64,000 nt of DNA, from assembly GCA_963720495.1 (NCBI GenBank), contig CAVRFU010000013.1, positions 154,790-218,789 on the forward strand, read 5' to 3'. The first letter of the stretch is position 1; every line of letters begins with the position of its first letter. The position numbers were made by a program, and so were the translations under genes. Below are positions 49,571-58,670 of the stretch, one piece after another. The stretch is from an uncultured Chloroflexia bacterium. Its GTDB lineage: Bacteria > Chloroflexota > Limnocylindria > Limnocylindrales > CSP1-4. The notes under the pieces were generated by a model. It had not been told where the DNA came from and did not search any database. It saw only the letters and a list, made by a program, of their open reading frames with translations.

Positions 49571-50770
49571 ATGACGACCCGGCGCGACCACAGACCGATC
49601 CACGTCCGGCCCCGTCCACCGTCCTCCTCGCGGTCCGCCCCGGTCAAGGTCAAGCCCCGCTCGCCGGGTCCGAACCGGCTCGCCAGCCACCGGCCGATCC
49701 AGCGCGGCAACGGCCTGCCGATCGTCTTCCGGCTCGCCATGGCCGCCGCGATCGTGGCCCTCGGCGTCGCCGTCCTGTACGTCGCCGTGGGCGGGCTCGG
49801 CAAGGTCGCCGGCGGCATCGGGTCCACCCTCGGGGGTTTCGTGACGAACGTCACCTCGACCCCGTCGCCACGCGCCTCGGACCTCATACCGGCCGACCCG
49901 CCCTCGATCGAGCAGCCCGCCGAGCCGTACACCAGCGAGGCCACTGCCGACCTCGCGGTCACCGTTCCGTCCGCGCTCGAAGGCGACAAGAACCATCGCC
50001 TGCGGGTGTACCTGACGCTGCCCGACCAGCGCCCCACGCCGATCCAGGACGTCGCCATCGCCGACGGGCCGAAGACGATCATCCCGGTCGAGCTGACCAA
50101 GGGCATCAACGACTTCACGGTGACGATCTTCGGGCCGGGCGGTGAGTCCGAGCCGTCCGTGGCGGTGCGCTACGTGTTCGACGCGGCACCGCCCAAGCTG
50201 ACCGTGACGTCGCCCAAGAAGAACGCGGTCGTCAACGGCAAGGCGGTCGTCATCAAGGGCAAGACCCAGGCGCGCACGACCCTGCTGGCCCGCAATGACG
50301 CCAACGGGTCGACGATCGCCGGGACGGCCGCCGCGGACGGGACGTTCACGCTGAGCCTGGCCCTCGCCGGCGGCGTCAACAAGATCACGATCACGGGCAC
50401 GGACCCCGCCGGGAACGTGGCCGCCACGACGATCAGCGTCCGGCGCGGCTCGGGCAAGCTGACCGTGCAGCTCACCGCGTCGACCTACCGGATCAAGCGC
50501 TCCAGGCTGCCCGAGCCGGTGACGCTGACCGCGACGGTGACCGATCCCGACGGCAAGGCGCTGGCGGGAGCGGACGTGACGTTCACGTTGAGCATGCCCG
50601 GCATCCCGACCGTGTCGATCGACACGACGACCTCGACCAGCGGCAAGGCGACGTTCAAGACGACCGTGCCCAAGGGCGCCGACGTGGGCCAGGGCAGCGC
50701 GACCGTCCTGATCTCGACCGACGACTTCGGCTCGACGCAGGACTTCACGGTCATCACGATCACCAAGTAG
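49571..50770 (+). CDS. membrane-anchored surface protein with Ig-like (Big-type) repeats
   Basis: Basic cytoplasmic N-terminus. TM LAMAAAIVALGVAVLYVAVGG. Beta-rich repeats (VVIKGKTQARTTLLARNDANGSTIAGTAAADGTFTL, ITITGTDPAGN, VTLTATVTDPDGKALAGADVTFTL). Confidence 0.75.
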   Translation: MTTRRDHRPIHVRPRPPSSSRSAPVKVKPRSPGPNRLASHRPIQRGNGLPIVFRLAMAAAIVALGVAVLYVAVGGLGKVAGGIGSTLGGFVTNVTSTPSPRASDLIPADPPSIEQPAEPYTSEATADLAVTVPSALEGDKNHRLRVYLTLPDQRPTPIQDVAIADGPKTIIPVELTKGINDFTVTIFGPGGESEPSVAVRYVFDAAPPKLTVTSPKKNAVVNGKAVVIKGKTQARTTLLARNDANGSTIAGTAAADGTFTLSLALAGGVNKITITGTDPAGNVAATTISVRRGSGKLTVQLTASTYRIKRSRLPEPVTLTATVTDPDGKALAGADVTFTLSMPGIPTVSIDTTTSTSGKATFKTTVPKGADVGQGSATVLISTDDFGSTQDFTVITITK

Positions 50771-50819
50771 GCATCCACGGCGAGTCGACAGCCGGGGCAT
50801 TCGCAGCTACCATCGCGCC

Positions 50820-51215
50820 ATGCCGATGTGGCGCTGTCCGCACTGCGGGACACCCCAGGCCGAGACGGCCAGGTGCTGGGTCTGCCGACGATCCAGCACC
50901 GCCTGCGGCACCTGCCGGCACTTCCGTCGATCGGTGGCCGCCCAGCTCGGCTACTGCGGGCTGGACCGGCAACGACGACCCCTGTCGGGCGATGAGATCC
51001 GGGCCTGCTGGGAAGGGGGACTGGCACCCGCCGAGCCACCCGCGGCGGGTCTCCCGAACCGGCCCCGGCCGACCGATCTCCCCGACGATGATCGAACCCC
51101 TGTTCGGAAGCTCGAGTTCGTCGAGGTGCATTCGTCGCGGTCCCGCCGCGAGCGCCACGACGGCCAAGGCGGGCGTCGCGGACTCGGACCTGGGGCCCAA
51201 CCTGGGCCTCGATGA
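50820..51215 (+). CDS. Cys-rich zinc-ribbon protein; C-terminus unresolved (possible frame break ~51130, alternative stop 51291)
   Basis: WRCPHCGTPQAETARCWVCRRSSTACGTCRHF gives three CxxC pairs in the first 35 aa. Confidence 0.5.
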   Translation: MPMWRCPHCGTPQAETARCWVCRRSSTACGTCRHFRRSVAAQLGYCGLDRQRRPLSGDEIRACWEGGLAPAEPPAAGLPNRPRPTDLPDDDRTPVRKLEFVEVHSSRSRRERHDGQGGRRGLGPGAQPGPR

Positions 51216-51368
51216 CGCGCCTGACCAGCCATCGGTCACCGTCGGCGCCATCGGCCCGGCGTGGAGCCTCTGGGGCGAGGGCGACCTCTAGGGCGCCCGG
51301 CGGCCGATGAGGCCGCCGACCACCTGCGGCCGGCGCGGCCGTCCACCGCTTGGCGGCGGCCTCCGGAT

Positions 51369-52880
51369 CTAGAGCCCGGCCGGCCGCGTCCCGAGAGTGA
51401 CCGTCAGCGTGACGTGCTTGCCGTCGCGGAGGACGTCGAGGCTGACCGTCGCGCCCGGAGCGAACTGGGCCAGCGTCGCGTCGAGCGGATGCTCCTCGTC
51501 GATGACCTTGCCGTCGATGCTGGTGATGATGTCGCCGTCCTTGACCCCGCCGACCGCGGCCGGCTTGCCGGCTTCGACGCCGGTCACGGGCTGGCCGTTC
51601 GCGTCGAACCCGCCCACGAGCGCGCCCTGCGTGACCGGCAGCTTCTGGTCGTCGGCCAGCTTGCGCGTGATCGACACGAAGTGGATGCCGAGGTACGGCC
51701 GGCTGAGCGGCTGACCGGCCAGCGCCTGGGTCATGATCGGCTTGGCGACGTCGATCGGGATGGCGAACCCGATGCCGTTGCTGTTCGAGGCGATCGCGGT
51801 GTTGATGCCGATGACGTTGCCGCCCGCGTCGAGGAGCGGACCGCCCGAGTTGCCCGGGTTGATCGCGGCATCCGTCTGGATGAGGTTGGTCAGCGACTCG
51901 TTGTTGTTCGTCGTGATCGAGCGACCCTTGGCCGACACGATGCCGCTGGTGACCGAGTTGGAGTAGGTGCCCAGCGGGCTGCCGATGGCGACCACGAGCT
52001 GGCCGACCTTGAGCGCGTCCGACTCGCCGAGCGCGGCCGACGGGAGGCCGGTCGCGTTGACCTTGACGATGGCCAGGTCGGTCAGGGTGTCGATGCCGTA
52101 GACGGTGCCCTGGAGGACCCGGCCGTCCTTGAGCTCGACGTCGAACTTCTCGCCGCCTTCGACGACGTGATGGTTGGTCAGGATCCAGCCGTTGCTGTCG
52201 AAGATGACCCCGGAGCCGACGCCGGTCTCGGGGATGACCCCGTTGTTGCCGTCGTTGGTCGTGCCGGTCACGGTGATCCGGACGACCGCCGGGCTGACCT
52301 TCGACGCGACCGCGATGGTCGCGGACTGCTCGTCGATCGAGACCGGCTGGAGCGCACCGACATTGGTCCCCTGGGCGACGGCGGCCGACGTCGGCGCGGC
52401 CGGGCGATCGAGGGCGCCGGCCGCGCTCAACGCGAGGACGGTGCCACCGGAGGCGAGCACGGCGGACAGGAGCGCCGCGGCCAGCAGAGAGCTGCCGCCG
52501 GTCCTCTTGCGCGGCGGGACGGGGACGGCGCTGGCGGGCACGGGCGTCGGGGCCGGCTCGTACCAGCGCTCGGGGGTCACGGGCGGGGTCTGGTCCCAGG
52601 ACCGGGCCCAGTCGCTGCGGGGCTCGGGGCTCGGGGCGAAACGGTCGAGGGCCGGATCGGACGACGCGGTGGTGCCCGTCGAGGGCGCCCACGGATCGAC
52701 CGAGGCGCTCTCCGGCGTCGTCGGGGTGGCGGACGGCCAGGTCGGACCGGTCGAGGCGGGGTTCTCTGGAGTGGCCGGGCTCGCCTGGCCCTCGGGCGAC
52801 TCGGGGGTCGCGTCGGGGGTGGTGGCGTGACGTTCGGTCAGGTCGCCGGGATCGGCGCCGGGGCGGGGTTCGTCGTGCAT
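51369..52880 (-). CDS. htrA: HtrA/DegP-family trypsin-like serine protease with PDZ domain
   Basis: Pro/Thr-rich N-terminus plus TM. GSGVIFDSNGWILTNHHVV, DLAIVKV, INPGNSGGPLLD. PDZ GVKDGDIITSIDGKVI. Confidence 0.9.
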   Translation of the reverse strand: MHDEPRPGADPGDLTERHATTPDATPESPEGQASPATPENPASTGPTWPSATPTTPESASVDPWAPSTGTTASSDPALDRFAPSPEPRSDWARSWDQTPPVTPERWYEPAPTPVPASAVPVPPRKRTGGSSLLAAALLSAVLASGGTVLALSAAGALDRPAAPTSAAVAQGTNVGALQPVSIDEQSATIAVASKVSPAVVRITVTGTTNDGNNGVIPETGVGSGVIFDSNGWILTNHHVVEGGEKFDVELKDGRVLQGTVYGIDTLTDLAIVKVNATGLPSAALGESDALKVGQLVVAIGSPLGTYSNSVTSGIVSAKGRSITTNNNESLTNLIQTDAAINPGNSGGPLLDAGGNVIGINTAIASNSNGIGFAIPIDVAKPIMTQALAGQPLSRPYLGIHFVSITRKLADDQKLPVTQGALVGGFDANGQPVTGVEAGKPAAVGGVKDGDIITSIDGKVIDEEHPLDATLAQFAPGATVSLDVLRDGKHVTLTVTLGTRPAGL

Positions 52881-52940
52881 GGTGGTGGAGAGTCCCCTAG
52901 ATGGTCGGCCGGTGAGCGACCGAGGTCGGTGTGGTGCGTC

Positions 52941-54635
52941 TCAGGGTGCCGGTTCCGGGTTGACCTGCGGGCGGTCGGACGGTGAAGTTTCCTGCACGTT
53001 TGCCGTCGGGCGCGCTGGATCGTCGGCCGCGGATGCCACCGCAGCCTGCGTGGCGGCCGGCGTTCCCTCGACGAGCCGCGGGTCGCGGGGCAGGTCCACG
53101 ATGAAGCGCGTCCCTGCGCCGACCCGGCTCTCGACCTCGATCGTGCCGCCGTGCATGTCGACGATGGAGCGGACGATGGCCAGCCCGAGCCCGCTGCCGC
53201 TGCCCCGCGCTTCGTTCGCCCGGGAGCCGCGGTAGAAGCGCTCGAAGATGTGGGGCATCTCGACGGGGTCGATCCCGACGCCGGTGTCGGTCACCTCGAT
53301 CCGCGCCCCATCGGGCGTGCCCGCCACGTCGACCGCGACGGACCCGCCGCGGGGCGTGAACTTGATCGCGTTGGCCACGAGGTTGGCGACGATCTGGCCG
53401 ACCCGGGGCGGATCGTGCCGGATGCGGATCGGCGCGTCGGGCAGGTGGAGCGACAGGCGCACACCGCGACGCTCCGCCGCGGACGTGCTCTGTTCGACGG
53501 CCAATTCGACCGCCGCGCGCAGGTCGTCGGGTCGGAGGTCGAGGAGGACCAGCCCGGAGTCGAGCTTCGAGAGCTCGAGCAGGTTCTGGGCCAGCCAGTC
53601 GAGGCGCTCGATCTGCTGGCCGCTCGACTCGAGGAACTCGGCGCGCGCGTCGGGGTCGTCCGCGGCACCCTCGGTCAGCAGCTCGTTGAACGTGCGCAGG
53701 GCGGCCAGCGGCGTCCGCAGCTCGTGCGAGACGTCGGCCAGGAAGTCGCGGCTCCGGTCGCGATCGCGCCGGATGATCTCGACGCTCTCCTGCAGGCGGT
53801 CGGCCATCGCGTTGAACTGGACGGCCAGCTCCGCGAGCTCGGATGAGCCGGCGCGGACCTCGTCCGGCGGCACACGCCGGGTCAGGTCGCCCTCGGCCAG
53901 CCCGCGCGACGCCTCCGTCAGGCGACGCAGCGGCGTCGTGAAGCGCCGGGCCATGACCGCGGACACGAGCACGCTGAGACCGAGCGCGAAGAGCGTGATC
54001 GCGGCCAGCAGACCCGTGACATTGGCCAGGGCGGTGGCCCGGAAGGTGTAGGGATTGGCCAGCTGGACCTCGACGACGTACGGCGCGAAGACGCTCGTGT
54101 TGTTCGTGAACTTCTGGTCCACGGACACGGACCGTTCCTGCGTCTGACCGGGCAGTGGGTTGGCCGCGAACGGGAAGGTCAGGGGCGCCCCCTTCGCGGC
54201 GCGGAAGCTGGTGCCCTCGCCCTGCGGGACGGACCAGCCGAACGTCAGCGAGACGTCGGCCTGGGCCAGCTCGTCGGCGATGATCCGCTGCTGGTCGGGA
54301 TCGAGGATCTTGTCCAGGACGCGCGGGTCGACCGTGCCGTCGGCCCGCACGACGGGATCCACCGGCCCGACGGCCTCGTACGCCCGCGACTGGACGTACT
54401 TGGCGACGGTCTCCGCGCGCTGGTCGAGGTCGGCCCCCTGCTGTCTGGTGAAGTAGTCGTCGAGGCGGTTGATGACGAGGACCGTGACGAGCAGCAGGGT
54501 CAGGGCCACCACGGCCATGAAGGCGCCGGTCAGGCGACCCTGGAACGTTCGGGGGAGAAGCCGGCGCAGTCGAAGCGGAACGCGGGAGCGCCGTTCCGCG
54601 GGTCGCTCAGCGCTCGGCGAACGCGTAGCCGACAC
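52941..54635 (-). CDS. sensor histidine kinase (MprB/CseC-like)
   Basis: Two TM plus HAMP. H-box RDFLADVSHELRTPLAAL. LVANAIKFT, DTGVGI, GSGLGLAIV. Confidence 0.9.
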   Translation of the reverse strand: MSATRSPSAERPAERRSRVPLRLRRLLPRTFQGRLTGAFMAVVALTLLLVTVLVINRLDDYFTRQQGADLDQRAETVAKYVQSRAYEAVGPVDPVVRADGTVDPRVLDKILDPDQQRIIADELAQADVSLTFGWSVPQGEGTSFRAAKGAPLTFPFAANPLPGQTQERSVSVDQKFTNNTSVFAPYVVEVQLANPYTFRATALANVTGLLAAITLFALGLSVLVSAVMARRFTTPLRRLTEASRGLAEGDLTRRVPPDEVRAGSSELAELAVQFNAMADRLQESVEIIRRDRDRSRDFLADVSHELRTPLAALRTFNELLTEGAADDPDARAEFLESSGQQIERLDWLAQNLLELSKLDSGLVLLDLRPDDLRAAVELAVEQSTSAAERRGVRLSLHLPDAPIRIRHDPPRVGQIVANLVANAIKFTPRGGSVAVDVAGTPDGARIEVTDTGVGIDPVEMPHIFERFYRGSRANEARGSGSGLGLAIVRSIVDMHGGTIEVESRVGAGTRFIVDLPRDPRLVEGTPAATQAAVASAADDPARPTANVQETSPSDRPQVNPEPAP

Positions 54636-55305
54636 CTCGCACCGTCAGGACGAACGCCGGCGCCGCCGGGTCGTCCTCGATCTTGTCGCGCAGATGGCTG
54701 ACGTGCACGTTGATCGTCTTCTCGTCCTGGTCGAGCGCCTCGTAGTCGCGCAGCAGCTCGAGCAGCTCCGAGCGGGTGTAGACCCGGCCCGGCCGCGACG
54801 CCAGGTGACGCAGGATCTCGAACTCGGTCGGGGTCAGGCTGACCCGGCGGGTGCCGCGCTGGACCCGTCGCCGCTCGAGGTCGATCAGCAGGTCGCCGTG
54901 GCGGATGACCCGGCCCCCGACCGCGTCGGACAGGTCGCCGTACGAGCGGCGCAGGAGCGCCTTGATCCGGCTCATCAGCTCGCGCAGGCCGAACGGCTTG
55001 GTCAGGTAGTCGTCCGCCCCGAGCTCGAGCCCGATGACCTTGTCGACCTCGTCGTCGCGGGCGGTCAGGACGAGGACGGGCATCTTGGCGCCGGCCGCCC
55101 GGAGGCGCCGGAGGACCTCGAAGCCGTCCATCCCGGGCAGGCGGACGTCGAGGACGACGAGGTCGGGCGCCTGGCGCGTCGCGATCTCGAGGCCTTCCTC
55201 GCCGGAGCGCGCGACGGCGACCTCGTAGCCCTCCTGCTGGAGGGCGTACTGGATCCCGCGAGCGACGGCATGCTCGTCTTCGACGATGAGGATGGTGGCT
55301 GCCAC
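54607..55305 (-). CDS. OmpR-family response regulator (MprA-like)
   Basis: GTG start. ILIVEDE, DLVVLDVRLPGMDG, LTPTEFEILRHL, TVRGVGYAF. Confidence 0.95.
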   Translation of the reverse strand: MAATILIVEDEHAVARGIQYALQQEGYEVAVARSGEEGLEIATRQAPDLVVLDVRLPGMDGFEVLRRLRAAGAKMPVLVLTARDDEVDKVIGLELGADDYLTKPFGLRELMSRIKALLRRSYGDLSDAVGGRVIRHGDLLIDLERRRVQRGTRRVSLTPTEFEILRHLASRPGRVYTRSELLELLRDYEALDQDEKTINVHVSHLRDKIEDDPAAPAFVLTVRGVGYAFAER

Positions 55306-55311
55306 TCGGGG

Positions 55312-55317
55312 ATGCTA
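55312..55317 (-). promoter_or_regulatory. putative -10 box TAGCAT (minus strand), 6 nt before the GTG start at 55305 (leaderless)
   Basis: Reverse complement reads TGTAGCATCCCCGAGTG. Confidence 0.4.
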
Positions 55318-55438
55318 CACCGGCAACGCGGAAACCCGTGGTACCCTAGCCGCCGCTACCCGGGCGCCTCGCCAATCCGGCCCCGCCGGCGAGCCGCAGC
55401 CCGACGATCCAGACCACACACCCTGAGGTTCCAACGAC

Positions 55439-56119
55439 ATGGCCACCGCCCGAGCGACGCTCGCCGCCGAACACCGCGAACTGACCGGCAAGAAGGTCGC
55501 CCGCCTCCGCCACGCCGGCCGCCTGCCCGCGGTCGTCTACGGCCACGGCATCGACTCCGACAGCATCTCGATCGATGCCCATGAGTTCGAGCAGCTCCGC
55601 CGGCACACCGGCCCGAACTCGCTGGTCGACCTGTCCGTCGACGGCAGCAAGGCCCGCCCGGTCCTCGTCTCCAGCGTCCAGGTCCACCCGGTCAACCGCC
55701 GGACGCTCCATGTGGACCTGTTCCTCGTCCGCATGACGGAGGAGCTGACGGTGGACGTGCCGCTCGTGACGACCGGCGAGTCGCCGGCCGTCTCCCTCAA
55801 CAACGGCACCCTGCTCCATCCGATCGAGTCGGTCCGGGTCCGGGCGCTGCCGGATCACCTGCCGCAGGCGATCGAGTACTCGATCGAGTCGCTGGTCGAC
55901 TTCGACACCACCATCCACGTCCGCGACCTGGTCATCCCCGCTGACGTCACGCTCGTGACCGACGGCGAGGAGATCATCGCCAAGGTCCAGGCGCCGCGCG
56001 TCGAGGAAGAGCCGGTCGTCGTCGGTGCAGCCGAGGTCGCCGAGGGCGAAGCTGCCGAGGCCGAGGCCGCCGAGGCGGCCGCCGGCGAGGGCGGCACCGC
56101 GGAGTCGGACGAGGGCTGA
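55439..56119 (+). CDS. rplY: 50S ribosomal protein L25 / general stress protein Ctc
   Basis: RHAGRLPAVVYGHG, VQVHPV...LHVDL. Acidic Ala/Glu C-terminal tail. Confidence 0.95.
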   Translation: MATARATLAAEHRELTGKKVARLRHAGRLPAVVYGHGIDSDSISIDAHEFEQLRRHTGPNSLVDLSVDGSKARPVLVSSVQVHPVNRRTLHVDLFLVRMTEELTVDVPLVTTGESPAVSLNNGTLLHPIESVRVRALPDHLPQAIEYSIESLVDFDTTIHVRDLVIPADVTLVTDGEEIIAKVQAPRVEEEPVVVGAAEVAEGEAAEAEAAEAAAGEGGTAESDEG

Positions 56120-56124
56120 CCGTC

Positions 56125-56146
56125 CGGCGCCGGGTGACCGGCGCCG
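56125..56146. terminator. GC hairpin shared by convergent genes (possible bidirectional terminator)
   Basis: 9-bp stem CGGCGCCGG / CCGGCGCCG with loop GTGA, between the L25 stop (56119) and the methyltransferase stop (56147). Confidence 0.4.
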
Positions 56147-56975
56147 TCAGCGCGACCGGCGACCGGTCGCGAACACGATCCGGGCGCGCATCGTCATCTG
56201 CTCCGGGCTGAGCGCCATCAGGCGTGTCTTGAGCGTGGCCAGCAGGTCGTCACGCAGGTCGGGCTCGAGCTCGGCGAACAGCAATTCCTCGTCGAACTCG
56301 GTGAGGAACCCGATGTAGCCATCGACCGTGAACCGGTGCGCCAGGCGGCCTTCCCGGACCGTGACCTCCGCGAACCCGGCGCGGCGCAGCTCGCTCGCAG
56401 CCCGATCGACCGACGGGATGTCGCCGCTCCGATCGTCGCCTTCGGCCGGGTCGAACTCGAAGTCGTCGAGCACCTCGTCGAAGACCGTGTCGGCGCGGAA
56501 GTCGCCGACCCGCTCGCCGTCCAGCCACGACACGTAGGCGAGCAGGCCGTCCGGCGCGCAGGACGCGGCGCGCCTCGCGCAGCGCGCGCGCCCGGTTCGG
56601 GACGAGCTGGAACACGAACGAGGACACCGCCGCGTCGAAGGCACCGTCGGCCAGCGGCAGGCGATCGGCGACGGCGACCACCGAGCTGAACCGCGGACGC
56701 TGCCCGTCGGTCAGTCGCCGGTCGGCCTCCGCGTCGGCCATCGCCCGCATCTCCGCCGAGGCGTCGATGCCGACGACCGAGACATCCGGCCAGCGCTCCA
56801 CGGCGGCCAGGCCGAGCTGACCGGTGCCCGTCCCGATATCCAGGAGGTGTTGCGCGTCGCCGAGTCGCGGGCCGACGTCGTCGAGCAGCTCGGCGACGGC
56901 CGGGGCCAGGACGGGTGCCCACCACCGGGCGTAGCCCTCCGCGATCCGGTCGTAGCGCTCGCCCTGGTCGGTCAC
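56147..56975 (-). CDS. class I SAM-dependent methyltransferase; one frame break (~56556)
   Basis: GTG 56975. YDRIAEGYARWW, LLDIGTGTGQLG, VVGIDAS. Then RRVLRPDGLLAYVSW in the second frame. Confidence 0.8.
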
Positions 56976-57124
56976 CCGGCCATCGTGCCACGGCCCGTGC
57001 GGCAGGGCGGGGTCATCCGGCGACCCTGGCCCCTGTCGTCGCCACACGACGTCCGCCCGAGTCGTCCAGAGCCCTGACCGCCGACCCGCGCCTGCCCGCG
57101 CCGGCCGCACCGGAGGACGGCCCA

Positions 57125-58633
57125 TTGGACCGATCCATCGCTCGACGTCTCATCGCGGCCGCTCTCGGCCTCGGGCTCCTCGCCGAAGTCGTCCTCGACG
57201 GCTCCGCGTTCGGCGTCAACATCGTGTTGCTCGTTGCGGTGACGCTGCTCGCGGCCTGGCTCGTGCGCCGTCAGGGACGGGCTCCGGATCCGCTCGACGC
57301 CTGGCTGCCGATCTCGGCGCTGGTCCTCGCGGGGTTCGTCGCCGTCCGCGGCGACCCGTTCCTGGCGGTCCTGGACACGCTCGGCGCGCTGGCCTTCCTC
57401 GGCGCCTCCGTGGCGGCGATGTCGGGGCTGCCCGTCACGCGCCGGGCCGCCTCGGCCATCGCCGGCATGGCGGTGTGGACGCTCGGGGCCGTCGTCGCGG
57501 GCGCACCGCGCGTGGCGGCCGCGGCCCGGACCGGGCCGGTCACGGCGCCCGGCTGGGCATCCGGGCTCGCGGCCCGCTGGTGGCTGCCGCTCATCCGCGG
57601 CCTGCTCATCGGCCTGCCGCTGGCCCTCATCTTCGCGGTGCTCTTCGCCTCGGCCGACCCGATCTTCCGGCGCGGGCTGGACGATCTGCTGGGCTGGCAG
57701 CTCGATCTCGGCTCGCTCGGAGGCCGCGCGGTGTTCACGCTCGCATGCGCGTGGCTGGCGGTGGGCCTCCTGATGGTCGCGGCGACAGGCATCCCGCCGT
57801 TCGAGCGCGCCTCGCTGGGTGCGGCCACCCGGACGCCGCTCGCGATCGACGCGGCCCGACTGGGGACGATGGAGGCGATCGTCGTCCTGGCGATCGTGGA
57901 CGTGGTCATCGGCCTGTTCGTCGTGCTCCAGATCGCCTACCTGTTCGGTGGCCAGAGCACGCTCGTGGCGGCCGGCATGACCTACAGCGACTACGCACGA
58001 CGGGGCTTCTTCGAGCTCGTCGCGGCGGCTTGTCTGGCGGGCGGAGTCGTCGTCGCCCTCGAGACGACCGTCGAGCGCCGGACCCGGCCGTATCTCGCGG
58101 CGCTCCTTGCGCTCATCGGGCTGACCGCGGTCGTCCTCGTGTCCGCTGCGCTCCGGCTCCGCCTCTACCAGGATGCCTATGGCTGGACGGAGCTCCGGCT
58201 ATACGTCCTGATGACCATCGCAGCCCTCGCGGTGACGCTGGCCGTCATGGCGATCCTGGCGCTGGCCGGACGGATGCGGTGGATGGGGCACGGTCTGGCG
58301 GTCATCGGTCTCGTCTCGCTGGTCGCGCTCAACCTCGTCGCGCCGGCGGGTTTCGTGGCGGCACGGAACGTGGAGCGCGTCATCGACCCGAGCCTCGTCC
58401 CGCCCGGCGGCCACGCCAGCCTCGATGCGGCGTACCTCGGCGTCCTCCCCGATGACGCCATCCCGGTCCTCGTGACGGCCCTGCCCGCCCTGCCCGAGGC
58501 CGAGCGCCTCCCGCTCCGACGGCTCCTCGACGAACGGCGGCGCGAGCTCGGGACGGATCCCGCGTTGACGAGCCCGGCGGCGTGGAACCTCGGGCGCCAG
58601 GCGGCGCGGGACGCCCTGGAGACGCTGCCGTAG
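57125..58633 (+). CDS. DUF4153/DUF4173-like polytopic membrane protein
   Basis: About 12 hydrophobic segments. IAYLFGG, YARRGFFELV, RLRLYQDAYGWTELRLY. TTG 57125 start is tentative. Confidence 0.7.
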   Translation: MDRSIARRLIAAALGLGLLAEVVLDGSAFGVNIVLLVAVTLLAAWLVRRQGRAPDPLDAWLPISALVLAGFVAVRGDPFLAVLDTLGALAFLGASVAAMSGLPVTRRAASAIAGMAVWTLGAVVAGAPRVAAAARTGPVTAPGWASGLAARWWLPLIRGLLIGLPLALIFAVLFASADPIFRRGLDDLLGWQLDLGSLGGRAVFTLACAWLAVGLLMVAATGIPPFERASLGAATRTPLAIDAARLGTMEAIVVLAIVDVVIGLFVVLQIAYLFGGQSTLVAAGMTYSDYARRGFFELVAAACLAGGVVVALETTVERRTRPYLAALLALIGLTAVVLVSAALRLRLYQDAYGWTELRLYVLMTIAALAVTLAVMAILALAGRMRWMGHGLAVIGLVSLVALNLVAPAGFVAARNVERVIDPSLVPPGGHASLDAAYLGVLPDDAIPVLVTALPALPEAERLPLRRLLDERRRELGTDPALTSPAAWNLGRQAARDALETLP

Positions 58634-58657
58634 GCGGTCGGCCCCGGCCCACGGCGG

Positions 58658-58663
58658 TATCGT
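58658..58663 (+). promoter_or_regulatory. putative -10 box TATCGT, 7 nt before ligC ATG (leaderless)
   Basis: TAnnnT hexamer, no RBS. Confidence 0.4.
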
Positions 58664-58670
58664 TGGGGTC

